Shown here: positions 20,440 to 31,121 of the stretch, in pieces
Layout of the letters: each line of letters begins with the position of its first letter
Position numbering within the stretch: position 1 is the first letter of the stretch
From: an uncultured cyanobacterium
GTDB lineage: Bacteria; Cyanobacteriota; Cyanobacteriia; Phormidesmidales; Phormidesmidaceae
Length of the DNA: 64,000 nucleotides
Assembly: GCA_963793265.1 (NCBI GenBank)
Contig: CAWBZI010000005.1
Location: forward strand, 96,001-160,000
Reading direction: 5' to 3'
Program-made: the position numbers and the translations under genes
The notes under the pieces: generated by a model
The model's input: the letters and a program-made list of their open reading frames with translations, nothing else
Databases searched by the model: none
What the model was told of the DNA's origin: nothing

Positions 20440-21630
20440 CTATGATTTTGAGCTGGCGAGCAGGTCTTGTATGGGCTGAGTAATCCAGTTGACACCGACG
20501 CGAACCTGATGCTCTAAAGTCGGCATTCGATAGAGGTAGGTGAGCCTGCGAACGACGTGCGCCAGGTTACCTTCTAACTTGATGCCGAGCCCTGATAGGG
20601 TGGCATTATCGGTGCCTAGAGTCATCATTTCACCTAAGTGCTGATAGCGGAAGGGGAGTAGGGGCCTGCCAGTGAGACTCGCCCAAATATTCCAGGCGGC
20701 ATAGTCGGCTTGCTGAAGGGCTGATTGCGCTGTTGTCGGGACAGTTTTGCCGTCGCCATCAAGGCCATCTGCCAGATCGCCTAGTGCGTAGATATCAGGA
20801 TGATCGACCACTCGTAGCGTGGGCTCGATTTTGAACTGCTGCCGGTCGTTCCGCGGCAAATCAAGCGCGTCAAGGGCAGGACTTACCTTATTCCCGACCG
20901 TCCACATGACGATATCTACAGGTAAAACGTCGATTTTGTCCTTGTAGCTCAATGTGATGGTGTCTTTGCCCACTTCAGTCACAGTGGTGTCGTAGTCGAT
21001 CCATACATTTTTTTCGCTGAGCGCTTTTTGAGCGGCCTTTTGGTTGAACTCGGTAGAGGTTGCCAGAATTTTGTCAGCGCGTTCTACAATGCGAACTCTG
21101 CCGCGATCGCCCAATCTCTCAGCCACCTTACAGGCAATCTCCACCCCGCTATAGCCACCACCCACTACGGCCACTCGAATCTTCTCAGGGTCTTCCTCTT
21201 CTACCTGACGCAGCCGATCCTTCAGCCGGTAGGCATCTTCTAATGAACGAAAAGGAATGGCGTATTCAGCCACGCCAGGAGCCATATCCATCGGCGTTTC
21301 ACCGCCGAGTGCTAGCACGATTCGGTCGTATGAGAGCTGGGTGCCGTCTGAGAGGGAAACGGCGCGATCGCCCAAGTTAATACTGTCCACGCCGCTTTGA
21401 TGAAAGCGCACGCCTGTATTCGCCAGCAGCTCTTCGTAAGGTGGCGCAATTTCCCAGGTTTGTAGTTCTCCGGTTACTAGCTCGTAGAGAAGCGGGGCAA
21501 ACACAAAGCGATCGCGCTGATCTACCAGCACAATATCGGGCTGCTCATCTTCCCACTTAAGTTTACTAAGCGCTAAGGCCGTATACAAACCGCCAAAGCC
21601 ACCGCCGAGAATACAAATAGATTGAGCCAT
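20440..21630 (-). CDS. Type II NADH dehydrogenase-like FAD oxidoreductase (NdbB-like)
   Basis: ILGGGFGGL, F.PLLYELVTGE, VVGGGYSGVE, YALGD, TAQSA.QQA. Confidence 0.88.
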   Translation of the reverse strand: MAQSICILGGGFGGLYTALALSKLKWEDEQPDIVLVDQRDRFVFAPLLYELVTGELQTWEIAPPYEELLANTGVRFHQSGVDSINLGDRAVSLSDGTQLSYDRIVLALGGETPMDMAPGVAEYAIPFRSLEDAYRLKDRLRQVEEEDPEKIRVAVVGGGYSGVEIACKVAERLGDRGRVRIVERADKILATSTEFNQKAAQKALSEKNVWIDYDTTVTEVGKDTITLSYKDKIDVLPVDIVMWTVGNKVSPALDALDLPRNDRQQFKIEPTLRVVDHPDIYALGDLADGLDGDGKTVPTTAQSALQQADYAAWNIWASLTGRPLLPFRYQHLGEMMTLGTDNATLSGLGIKLEGNLAHVVRRLTYLYRMPTLEHQVRVGVNWITQPIQDLLASSKS

Positions 21631-21675
21631 GAAGAAAACGCACAGAGCCTATCGAAGTTATCTTCCAGGATAGCG

Positions 21676-23208
21676 CTAGATCGCGGGCCTCGCCTGTGTC
21701 GACGGGCGTGTCTCTTGCAGCAGGTGCTCGCCTAAGCGACGCGCGATCGCCAAAATCGTAAACGTAGGTGAATAAGAAGGGCCGGTTGGAAACACCGCCG
21801 AACTAGCCACATAGAGATTATCAGTGCCAAACACCCGGCAGTTTCTATCCACAACGCCCGCTTCAGGACGATCCGCCATACGGGTCGTTCCCATCTGGTG
21901 GGCCGCATCTGTCATCGTCTCCAAGCTCGGTGGATCGTCGCCAAAGTCAAAGCTGCCTAAGCCCAAATCTTCAAAACGCTGCGTCAGCAAATGCAGCGTC
22001 TTCTCCATCGAACGGTGGTCTTGATCGGTAAAGCGCCAGTCCACCGCGAGCTTCCGCTGCCCCAGCACATCGCGTTCTGTGCCCAGCTTAACCAGACTGT
22101 TCGACTGAGGAGCCTGCTCGGTGACAAACTTGACCCGGTAAGACCCCACCGGGCCGTTGCCATCTCGACACGCCGGACGATTCTGCAAAATCCGTCCTGC
22201 CTTTTGAAATATGCGCTCGTAGATCGGCTGCAAATATAAGACATGCTCTAGCAGCTCATACTTTTGCTGGGTGTCGTCATCGAGTGCAAAGCAAATGCAA
22301 AAGCGCGGTTTGGGCGTGTACTGAAGCTCGCTCGCGTACTGCCGGGCTAGAGGGCCAGGCCACAGCTTGCCAGTATGGTGCTTGGGGTGATCGGTGTAGA
22401 AGCGACCGACCAGATTGTTTGCATTGCCAATGCCGTTTGGAATTTGACGATCTGAGGCTAGTAAAAGGCGGGCCGATTCAAACGCTCCTGCTGCCAAAAT
22501 CACGGTGTCGCCTTCAACGACAATTTCTTTACCCTCCATCGAGCGGCAGGCAACCGCCATCACGCGCTGGCAAGACTCATCAAGCCGCAGCTCAGTAACG
22601 GTCGCACCCAGCACCACCTGCAAATTTTCAGACTGGCGCATTTCATCACCGAAGCGGATGGCCGTGCGCGTTGGGCTCTCCTCCCAATAAAAGCTGCTGA
22701 ACTTAAGCCCACCACCAGCAACCTTATCGCGCAGTTCCACGATTTCAGGGCGCATCGCTTCAGCTTCTAAATCGCCAAAGCCATAGTCTTTCGCTGCCGA
22801 GCGATAGTGCTCCAAAAGGTCTTCAAACTGGATTGGCCAGCCGCTATTATCCACCCAGTCTCGGCCTGCAAAGTCCCACGGCTGCAAGTATTTCCATTTG
22901 CCCGTCCACACGTTGCTGGTGCCGCCAAACTGACGCACCCGGCTAACGCCTCGCAGCGCAGGGGGAAGATATTGGTGGTAGTAGGTGTTCGGGTTGAGTT
23001 CGCGGTGGCGTTTGGCTAAGAAAGTAACGTCATTGAGGGCCTGAATTTCAGGATCGAAGCGATCGCGCCCACTCTCTAAAAGAATCACCTCCCGGCCATT
23101 GCGGGCCAGATGGGTCGCTAGCTCAGAGCCTGCGATTCCAGAGCCGATCACAATTACCTGCGATCGCAATGTCGTCTGTTCGCCCAAGTCAAGAATATCG
23201 GTCAGCAT
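21676..23208 (-). CDS. GMC family FAD oxidoreductase
   Basis: IGSGIAG, GGTSNVW, ILAAGAFESARLLL, VGRFYTDHP, HQMGTTRM, VFPT..PTFT. Confidence 0.9.
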   Translation of the reverse strand: MLTDILDLGEQTTLRSQVIVIGSGIAGSELATHLARNGREVILLESGRDRFDPEIQALNDVTFLAKRHRELNPNTYYHQYLPPALRGVSRVRQFGGTSNVWTGKWKYLQPWDFAGRDWVDNSGWPIQFEDLLEHYRSAAKDYGFGDLEAEAMRPEIVELRDKVAGGGLKFSSFYWEESPTRTAIRFGDEMRQSENLQVVLGATVTELRLDESCQRVMAVACRSMEGKEIVVEGDTVILAAGAFESARLLLASDRQIPNGIGNANNLVGRFYTDHPKHHTGKLWPGPLARQYASELQYTPKPRFCICFALDDDTQQKYELLEHVLYLQPIYERIFQKAGRILQNRPACRDGNGPVGSYRVKFVTEQAPQSNSLVKLGTERDVLGQRKLAVDWRFTDQDHRSMEKTLHLLTQRFEDLGLGSFDFGDDPPSLETMTDAAHQMGTTRMADRPEAGVVDRNCRVFGTDNLYVASSAVFPTGPSYSPTFTILAIARRLGEHLLQETRPSTQARPAI

Positions 23209-23262
23209 CCTATGGTGTCCGCTATATAGAAAGTGTCAGTAAAAGGGTTTATAAAATGAGGG

Positions 23263-24787
23263 TTAGCGATCGCCTATTAACTTACCGCGAAGCTTGCTAA
23301 TCAGCATCGCTGCAAAAAACTTTCCCTGACGGTAGCCACCTGGCAACATCAGCCAAATACTGATATAGCAGCCTACGTAAATCAGCCCTTCAACGCTCAG
23401 CTTAATCACTAAAAATGGGAAGCTCGGCAGCACCTGCTGGGCCAGCACCAATAAAACCGCTGATGAAAGCGAGGCCACAGCAGGCCGCCAAACCGCACCC
23501 ATAAAATCCCCCAGCGTAATCGGCGACTGCCGCACGCAATAGACCACTGCCGGATAGCTCAGCAGACACATCCCCACCGTGTAGCCCACCGCCACGCCAT
23601 AGGCTCCCCACCTCACGCCAATTGCGATCGCCACAATCATCACCGGAGTATGAATCAGGCTCCAGCGAAACTGACGCTGCGTTTCTCCCGCCGACACATA
23701 AATCCACTTCGTCACCCGGTACGCCATACCAACATAAACAGCAATGATCAGCACCCGAAATATCGGCACGATCTCGCTCCACTGATCGCCCAGCAATAGC
23801 AAAATGACATCTTGCGCCGTGACGAACAAGTAGGCTAAAGCAGGCATACAAACAGCAAAGATCAGCAGCAGACCCTCGCTGACAGTAGAGTCGGTAGCGA
23901 TTCAAATCCGATAGGCTTCGGCTCAGACTAGAAATCGCCACGTCAAATAGCGGATAGTAAATTTGCCAAAAGGGAAAATAGGCCCACTGATACGCCATGG
24001 AATAAAAGCCCAGCGAACTAGCCCCCCCAGCAGCACCCAGCAGCACCCGATCCATCTTCATGCCCACGCGGCTAATACAGCGAAAGCCCGTCAGGTGAAT
24101 GCCATAGGAGAGCGTTGAGCGCAGGTCTTTGGAATAGCGGGCAGCGTTGTCGAGACGATGAGGCCGCCAGTCGCAAAAAATCCAATAGGCAATACTCTGG
24201 CTCACCTGCAAAGCTGTGAGCTGTAAGATGAGCGCCCAGTAGCCCAGCCCTAACCAGGCAGAGACAACGGCGACTATTGTACTCAGCACTAAAGTGGCCG
24301 TTTCAATCACCGTCAACAGCTCAAACTTCATCTGCCGCTTAAGCAGCGACAGGTGTTGAAAAGACAGGCATATGCTCACTGCGCCCACCGCCAGACATAG
24401 CAGAACGCCCGTCAGTTCTGGCCGGTCGTAGAATCGGGCGACTAAAGGCGCGCAAAGCACCATACCGCCAATGATTAAGGCATTGATTTTTAAAGAGAGC
24501 CAAAAAATAGCGCTAGCCTGCTCTCGGTCAAACTCCTGACGCTGAATAGTCGCGGTTTCTAAGCCCATATTGCTAAGGCTATCGACGATGCTCAGCACGG
24601 GCTGCGCCATTGCCAGCAGGCCATAGTCAGCCGGAACCAAAAGGCGAGCCAGCACCATCGTGCCGCCAATGCCAATGACCAGCTTGATCGGCTGAGCGGC
24701 CATTGCCACTGCGCCCGATTGTAGCGATCGCCGGTTGAGATTGTTTTGCAGATCGGCAGTTTCAAAATGACGGTCAGATTTTGCCAT
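23263..24787 (-). CDS. WzxC-like polysaccharide flippase; apparent +1 frameshift near 23874
   Basis: LARLLVPADYGL, GYWAL, DRVLLG..LGFYSMAY; ORFs 23402..24787 and 23263..23847 join if one G is removed from a GGG run. Confidence 0.85.
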
Positions 24788-24941
24788 GAAAGTAGTATGG
24801 ATTCCAAACCGCGAAAAAAGGCTAACGAGAACGTCTTCAGGTTTAATCTCGAACCGATATTAATTGCGCTTTACGATTAGAAGCGCGCCTTAAAAAAGAG
24901 TCTTATAAAGATCAAAAAGAGTTCCGCTTATACTAATATGC

Positions 24942-25910
24942 CTATCGATTAAGCCTAGAAGAAGTGGTGTGAAGTTCTGGTGTAGCGATCGCCCGTTGCT
25001 CAGCTAGAGTCTGCGATCGCTCGCGCCGACCCTTCAGTTTATTCTGCGGCCACCACCGAATCCAAAACACATGACACAGGATGAGCGGAAAAAACGAAGG
25101 CCCTAGCAACACTCGAAACCCAATCACTGAAAGCACCATACTTGGCACAAATATAAATCGTGCTGTACGGCTAAACATTGCCAGCGGATATCCCGTTTCG
25201 AGGATCAGCGTAGCAAGCCCCATTCCTTGTGCCAGCCAGCTCTGTCTAGATAGCCACCCGCCCCAGGGCACCAGCGCCTCCGGGTGTTCGGGTGGGAACT
25301 GATGCTCTACCAAAATAAAAGACATATTGTCAGAGAACGCCCACCCCAGCCCGCCCTGTGAAAGTTTGGCATACCCAGCCGCAAAGAAAACTGTCGAGAG
25401 AATTAGCCAAACGGTTCGCACCGGCCAGCGATACTCTCCGTTTGGTGGGGCTGTCTTTTGCCAAATGGCCCGATCAACAGATAGCGCGTCTCCACTACGG
25501 GCGATCGCCATCACCCCCAAAATAAGCACAGCCGCCGCATCGCTATGGGCCAAATCACCAAAACAATGCGGTAGCCCCAGCAAATAAAACCCAAGCCCGA
25601 ACGACATCACGCTAGCAAAACGGGTCAGCAATCCCAGGCAGCTCAGCGCTAAAGAGACTTTCCAGGCCACCGACATCACACCCAAGATGCCAGGAGCCAG
25701 CAGCGGGATATTGAAGTACTCAAAGGGCCAGCATTTCTCCGGCATCCAAAATACGTCCGCGACACGTCCCCAAGCTGCAAAGTCCTGGTTCCAGTTCAAG
25801 CCCAGCAGCCCGCCGTAGAACAGAATTCGACAAACTGCGAGATTTTCGGCTGAATCAGGAGAGAAAAAGAACCGATTCCAGCGCTTTGTGAGCTGATGGA
25901 CAATTGTCAT
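24942..25910 (-). CDS. Polytopic membrane protein, HTTM/vitamin-K-carboxylase-like
   Basis: LAVCRIL, LGLLTR, ALSVD, FFAAGYAKL, LILE..P pattern; many TM helices. Confidence 0.6.
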   Translation of the reverse strand: MTIVHQLTKRWNRFFFSPDSAENLAVCRILFYGGLLGLNWNQDFAAWGRVADVFWMPEKCWPFEYFNIPLLAPGILGVMSVAWKVSLALSCLGLLTRFASVMSFGLGFYLLGLPHCFGDLAHSDAAAVLILGVMAIARSGDALSVDRAIWQKTAPPNGEYRWPVRTVWLILSTVFFAAGYAKLSQGGLGWAFSDNMSFILVEHQFPPEHPEALVPWGGWLSRQSWLAQGMGLATLILETGYPLAMFSRTARFIFVPSMVLSVIGFRVLLGPSFFPLILCHVFWIRWWPQNKLKGRRERSQTLAEQRAIATPELHTTSSRLNR

Positions 25911-26455
25911 GGTTTCTCTCGTATTTCTGTTGAATCTTTGACTGAATCTTCAGTCGCCACCACTTCGGCTACAAAAGATCTGTCTTCTGTATTCACCAAA
26001 TCAGGCGCATTCGGATCAATTGACCAGTCCACACGATACAGCCGCAGCGCTTGTAGCGGTGGCCCGTCATGCCTTCCTTGCTGGCGATTGCGCTCATAGC
26101 GAGCCATCGTATCGGCAAGCCCTATTTTGACCGCCGCTTTGCCCCCTTCGCCTTCGAGCATTCGTCGGAACGCAGCCCGCTGTCGGTACCAAAGAAAAGG
26201 ACGGATCTGGTTTGACTGGTAGAGCGGAAACGGCTCTGAGCCGTCTTGCGGAACCGCCTGAAGGGCATAGTGCTCGACCCGTGCCTCTCGCCGCGTTTTG
26301 CTAAACATAGGGTACGACGAAAACGGCCAGTGCTCGCCCCGAACGCTGATTTCGTAGGCTGAGGCGATGATGAGCCCGATTAGTAGGATATTGAGGAGCG
26401 ATCGCCTCCCTTTTGAAATCTCCCCAGTAGGGACTTCCTTATGTTCGTACGTCAT
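25907..26455 (-). CDS. Hypothetical single-TM protein coupled to the HTTM-like gene
   Basis: N-terminal TM then EHWPFSSYPMFS; 4-bp ATGA overlap with the downstream gene. Confidence 0.75.
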   Translation of the reverse strand: MTYEHKEVPTGEISKGRRSLLNILLIGLIIASAYEISVRGEHWPFSSYPMFSKTRREARVEHYALQAVPQDGSEPFPLYQSNQIRPFLWYRQRAAFRRMLEGEGGKAAVKIGLADTMARYERNRQQGRHDGPPLQALRLYRVDWSIDPNAPDLVNTEDRSFVAEVVATEDSVKDSTEIREKP

Positions 26456-26534
26456 CAGTTATGATTCCTTTCGACAAACGGAACGCCTATCATTATTAAA
26501 CATTTGCAGGATCGCTGCTCACGATACACCGTGT

Positions 26535-26582
26535 TCTGATATCAAGAAGGCGAAGGGGCTGGTTAAACAAATAGAGGATTAA
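26535..26582 (+). pseudogene. Probable 3' remnant of an HI1419-type addiction-module killer
   Basis: SDIKKAKGLVKQIED* ends 5 nt before the antidote ATG; resembles the DIxxAK C-terminus of that family. Confidence 0.55.
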
Positions 26583-26587
26583 TTGGT

Positions 26588-26881
26588 ATGGCACTTGAGA
26601 CAACCCTTTGGGATTCTGCTGAGTATTTAGAAACAGAAGAAGACATTCAGCTTTACATAGAAGCTTGTATTGAAGAAAGCGAGGGCGATCCTACGCTGCT
26701 TGTTCATGCGCTTGGTGTAGTGGCGAGGGCAAGGAATATGAGTCAGCTTGCCAGAGATACGGGCTTAAGTCGAGAAGGGTTGTATAAAGCGCTATCACCA
26801 GAAGGTAATCCTAGTTTTGTGACTGTGGCTAAAGTTGCAAAGGCACTCGGATTTGAGCTGACTGTGCGACCCGTAGCCTGA
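26588..26881 (+). CDS. Addiction module antidote protein (HI1420-like HTH)
   Basis: WDSAEYLETEED..ALGVVARARNMSQLARDTGLSREGLYKALS..GNPSF. Confidence 0.9.
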   Translation: MALETTLWDSAEYLETEEDIQLYIEACIEESEGDPTLLVHALGVVARARNMSQLARDTGLSREGLYKALSPEGNPSFVTVAKVAKALGFELTVRPVA

Positions 26882-26897
26882 TGCTTTGCTCTAAAGC

Positions 26898-29087
26898 TTA
26901 CTCCCACTCGTTGAAGTCTTGAGAGTAAGGGTCTTCAACAGAGTTGTTTTGATAGGGCTGCTCGCGGTAGACCTTCTTGGAGCGATCCCTTTTGCCCTCT
27001 TGGCGAATGTTGCCAACGCCCTTGAGAACGCCGCGACCGACAAGGCCAATGCCGCGACCTAACACTTCTGTAAGCACGTAAACAACGGTGCTGCCGACAA
27101 AAGAAATGGCATTGCGGAGGCGAGGAGAAAGCGCATCTCTCGTTTCCATCGCCAGAGTAACCACTAAGGGAATGCCGCCTAGCTGGTCTAGCTCGGCTCT
27201 ACGCGGCGCATAGATGCTAGCTGCATTAATCCCTACAGGCGTAAGCACGTATAGGTTATACCGACTCTCAAAAATAGCTTTGGGCTCGTTTACTAGCCGG
27301 TCTAGTCGGTAGCGCCAAGAGAGATCGTTGCGGAACCGTTCAATCTCTCTTGAAGACATCAAGCGGCTAGTGTATAAACTCTTTTTGATCGATTCGACAT
27401 CGGCTAAACGATTCAACAATGGTTGAACAACAGCGTTCGCAACCTGGATCAGGAGATTTTCGAGGAGACGTTCGCTGTAGGCGATCGCCTGAGGCGTAGT
27501 TGCCACATAAGACGAACTCTCTATGATCATCGGCTCCTGAAACAGCCAGTGCCCAAACATGGCCGTCACCATCGGAATGCGATCAAGTATCTGCGCTTGT
27601 ACAAAAGGCTTTTCCTGTTGCAAAAGCGTCACGACTTCTTCTTCAACGTTGCCCACGCGCACGGTGTAGTACTTGCCAAAAAATTCTGTGTTTACCGCAT
27701 CCCAAAGATCGTGAACGACCTGATGAGATCGCATCGAAAGCTGCCCCGGCTTCACCTCAGAAGCCCGCAGATCAGCCAGCAGTTCTTCAAGCTGACGCAG
27801 AACCAAATAAAACAGCTCTAGCTTTTTATCAGCCCGCAAAATATCCACTTCCAAAGGCGACTCGCTAATATTCTTAAGCGGACGCTGAAGCTTTGCAAAC
27901 ACGCCTTCAAACACCACATTTTGCACCTCCGACGGACGCGCTTGCAGCCTGGATTCAGTCGCAGCCATATTCGCTAAAGCAGCCGTGGCATTTGGCACCA
28001 GCGATTCGCGGTCTAAGTAGCGAGCAGCCGTCATATCGGCATAGTTTTGTCCGTAGCCGCCCTGCTGGGCCGCTCGAATCCAGGCCGAACTGGGCGGCGG
28101 TGAGTTGGCTTCTGCACCCCTCGACACAGCATTACCCGATCGACGACCTGACTTAGCAGATCCATCATCGAATCTAGGCGTACGCCAAATTGCAGAAACC
28201 AGCCAGCGAGCGGCGTTAAGTTCGCGCTGTTTGCCATCTATAATGGCGCGATTGAGCCAGCTACCCGTGCGCTGTCGGGCCAGTGCTGCCAGGCTTTGGT
28301 CAATTTGCCTTTGACCAGACAGGCGCATACTGATCCGCATGGCGGTCAATGGCCCTGGAATATCGTCTAAACGAGAAAGGGTGGTATCTGATCTAGCCGT
28401 TTGTCGATTAGCCTGACGGTCGGTCGATTGATTGGAGGCGTCTTCGGACAGACTGCGGCTGTCTGCCGGGGGGACAGGCGAGGTAACTGATTGATTCGGC
28501 GTACCTTTCACTGGCTGAACGACTGGCGGCGGCTTTGTTGGCGGCTGAATGGCTGGTGCCTGTATGGTCGGTTGAGGAGAAGGCTGTTTAGGTGAGTTTT
28601 CGGGGGTTAAAACGGCCACTTCTCGGATGAGCTGGGCTAGCCGCCGAACGGACATGCTGCGGGTGCCAAAGCCGTTGGCTCCCATGCGTTCGGCGGCAGC
28701 TTGTAAGGCGGGTTCAGCCAGGGCGCTGAGTACCAGCACGGGCAGGCGAGGGAAAGCTGTTTTGAGCTGCTTGCAAAGCTGCAAACCAGGCGTAGATTCG
28801 GATTCGCGAGCGCCCAGTCCTAAGTCTAAAATGACCAGATCGAGCGGTGGGGCTGGCAGTGGGTCTAGCGGTGGAACGGGGGCTTTGTTCTTTTTTCGGG
28901 GCGGGGGACTGTTCAGGGATTGTTGATAGGGTTGAAAGCGCGATCGCACCTCTTCTATTGCCTCTGTCGCCGTTCCTGCTTCAGCCACCACCACAAAGTC
29001 GCCCTGCTGCTCTAGCCATACCTTCAGGCCAAGGCGAAAAACAGGGTCTTCATCGACCAGCATTAATTGGAGGGGGCGATCGCTCAT
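26898..29087 (-). CDS. Receiver-domain DUF3685/Ycf55-like protein
   Basis: N-terminal REC (LVDEDPVFRLG, DLVILDL); C-terminal SSREIERFRNDLSW, ETRDALSPR, GRGIGLVGRGVLKG. Confidence 0.85.
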   Translation of the reverse strand: MSDRPLQLMLVDEDPVFRLGLKVWLEQQGDFVVVAEAGTATEAIEEVRSRFQPYQQSLNSPPPRKKNKAPVPPLDPLPAPPLDLVILDLGLGARESESTPGLQLCKQLKTAFPRLPVLVLSALAEPALQAAAERMGANGFGTRSMSVRRLAQLIREVAVLTPENSPKQPSPQPTIQAPAIQPPTKPPPVVQPVKGTPNQSVTSPVPPADSRSLSEDASNQSTDRQANRQTARSDTTLSRLDDIPGPLTAMRISMRLSGQRQIDQSLAALARQRTGSWLNRAIIDGKQRELNAARWLVSAIWRTPRFDDGSAKSGRRSGNAVSRGAEANSPPPSSAWIRAAQQGGYGQNYADMTAARYLDRESLVPNATAALANMAATESRLQARPSEVQNVVFEGVFAKLQRPLKNISESPLEVDILRADKKLELFYLVLRQLEELLADLRASEVKPGQLSMRSHQVVHDLWDAVNTEFFGKYYTVRVGNVEEEVVTLLQQEKPFVQAQILDRIPMVTAMFGHWLFQEPMIIESSSYVATTPQAIAYSERLLENLLIQVANAVVQPLLNRLADVESIKKSLYTSRLMSSREIERFRNDLSWRYRLDRLVNEPKAIFESRYNLYVLTPVGINAASIYAPRRAELDQLGGIPLVVTLAMETRDALSPRLRNAISFVGSTVVYVLTEVLGRGIGLVGRGVLKGVGNIRQEGKRDRSKKVYREQPYQNNSVEDPYSQDFNEWE

Positions 29088-29141
29088 TCCGCGAATATAC
29101 CACTGCCAGGGTTAAAAGTACCTAGCCCAAGAAGGCTCAAC

Positions 29142-30986
29142 CTAGAACCCATCGCCGTAGCCATCATCGCCATAGCTAGTAAAGCTATCAGTATTGTAAA
29201 TATCTTCTTCGAGGTAGCTATCTGTCTCAGCGTAGCTATCCTCAACCGGCGCTTCTAAAGACCAGATGTAAGCCCGCTCTTTCACCCAAATAGCAATGCT
29301 GGCGCTCGCTTCTGGATACAGAGCCCGGCCCGGCCCGATCAGCGCTGCCGTCTCAATCGCCGCGCTCAGGCTACCTCTGGCCGCCAGATTCTCTGCGCGC
29401 ACAAGCAGCGGCGTGTCTTCAGCAATCTGAATTTCAGTTACCCAGCCTTTAATCGCAGCCTGCGCGTCATCTCGCAGCGCCCGACCTTCGGCCACTTTAG
29501 TCGCTTCAACAATGGCCTTCTCCAAGTCTCCTGCCTGCGCCAGCGCTTCGGCTGTGTTCAGAATGGGCTGATCTTCAATAATTTCAATGCGGTCAGCCCA
29601 TTCAGCAATGTAGGTTTGGCCTTGAACCCGCAGCGCTCTACCCATCTCTACTTTCTCAGCTTCAGCGATCGCCTTTTGCAAATTCTCCTTACCGCCCGCG
29701 CTCGCTAGCTTCACCGCCTGATTCAAAATAGGCCGATCTTCTATTCGCTGAATCTCCTTTTTCCAGTGAGAAACCAGCGTTTGGGCCTGAAGCCTTTGCG
29801 GGCGCTCCTGGGTAATTTGTTCGGCTTTAGCGATCGCCAATCGGTAGGCAGGTCGCTGCCCAACCTGGGCAATCGTATTGGCGTACTGCAACTGCACCAT
29901 ATCGTCTAGCTGCTGCTGCCACGTCACCATGCTGTCTTGAGCTTCGGTGTAGAAGGGGCTGCTGGGCGAAATGCGCTGCACGGCCTGAATCGCCTCCAAC
30001 AAGTTGTACACCTGCATATAAGAAGGCGTCCACTGATCGTATTCACCCTGCGCCAACCGCTGAGCATGGCCAAAGCTCAGCAAATCTTGAGCCTCAGCCG
30101 TCAGCGCTAAATTCGGCGGCACCAGTTGCGCGACGGCCAGCGCCCCCTCAAGATCTTCAGCCTCCCACTTTTGAAAGCTGTACTGCATTACTCGCTCAGC
30201 CCACTGGTCGAGATCGGGCTTGGCCTCTCTCCAGGCATCGGTTTCTAAATTAATTTCGCGCGCGATGATAAAAGCCTCGCCAAGCTTAGCCAAATCGCCC
30301 GTCTTAGCCAGTTCGCGGGCCTGGTTAAGCTGCCTGCGAGCCGTCTCTTCACGGTCTATTTTGGCCTCAAGCTGATCGTGCCGGGTCGTGACCCAGTAGG
30401 CCGCATTCAAAATTTTGAGCTTTTGCACATCTCGCCGTGCACCTGTCCAGTTTTGCGCCTTAATTGCCCGCAAAATCTTGGCTTCAAACTCTTTGCCAAC
30501 CGTCCATTCTTTATCCCAAGTCGCGATCGCACTTTTCACCTGCGGATAAATATCTACCCGCGTCGGAATCCGCGCCGCCAGCGATCGCGCCTGGCCGACA
30601 TCGCCCCGCTGAGCCATCGACTCAAGCTCACCGAGCAGCGCCTTCGACCACCGATTCATCAGCCGGTCGGCTTCTTTATACGCTGGATTATCCGGCGTCC
30701 AGGGTTCCACCATCTCGATCGCCTCAATCAGCGCCTGCGCCGAGCCTGACCGCACGCTGGCCTGAGCGCACAGCAGCCTTTCACTGTCGCTCGTCAACGT
30801 CACCGTTTGCGCGCAGTCAGGCAGCGGTGGGTTTTGGGTCATTACCGACACCGCCCGCAGGCTCACGCCACCTGCTGTCGCTAAAATCGCCATCCACACG
30901 AGCGGCCACACAAACTCAGACAGCTTGCTCCGAATGCGGGCTCGAACGGTCGGAGAAGAGGTGGTGGTAGGTGGAATGGATGTCAT
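29142..30986 (-). CDS. Membrane-anchored all-helical repeat protein
   Basis: N-terminal TM, PDC..ERLLCA, repeated IED.PIL..A..LA..G.L..AI..A..GRAL units; start 30986 or 31037. Confidence 0.75.
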   Translation of the reverse strand: MTSIPPTTTSSPTVRARIRSKLSEFVWPLVWMAILATAGGVSLRAVSVMTQNPPLPDCAQTVTLTSDSERLLCAQASVRSGSAQALIEAIEMVEPWTPDNPAYKEADRLMNRWSKALLGELESMAQRGDVGQARSLAARIPTRVDIYPQVKSAIATWDKEWTVGKEFEAKILRAIKAQNWTGARRDVQKLKILNAAYWVTTRHDQLEAKIDREETARRQLNQARELAKTGDLAKLGEAFIIAREINLETDAWREAKPDLDQWAERVMQYSFQKWEAEDLEGALAVAQLVPPNLALTAEAQDLLSFGHAQRLAQGEYDQWTPSYMQVYNLLEAIQAVQRISPSSPFYTEAQDSMVTWQQQLDDMVQLQYANTIAQVGQRPAYRLAIAKAEQITQERPQRLQAQTLVSHWKKEIQRIEDRPILNQAVKLASAGGKENLQKAIAEAEKVEMGRALRVQGQTYIAEWADRIEIIEDQPILNTAEALAQAGDLEKAIVEATKVAEGRALRDDAQAAIKGWVTEIQIAEDTPLLVRAENLAARGSLSAAIETAALIGPGRALYPEASASIAIWVKERAYIWSLEAPVEDSYAETDSYLEEDIYNTDSFTSYGDDGYGDGF

Positions 30987-31121
30987 TGGAGCAAAACCCG
31001 GCGGCGATGATTTCAGCAAGAATATTTGATAGGACAAGCCACCATAAAAGTGCCCATTCGGTTCTAGGACTCGCTAAAACATCAAATAATATTTATGAAA
31101 ATTTTGCTGACATTGTAGAGG

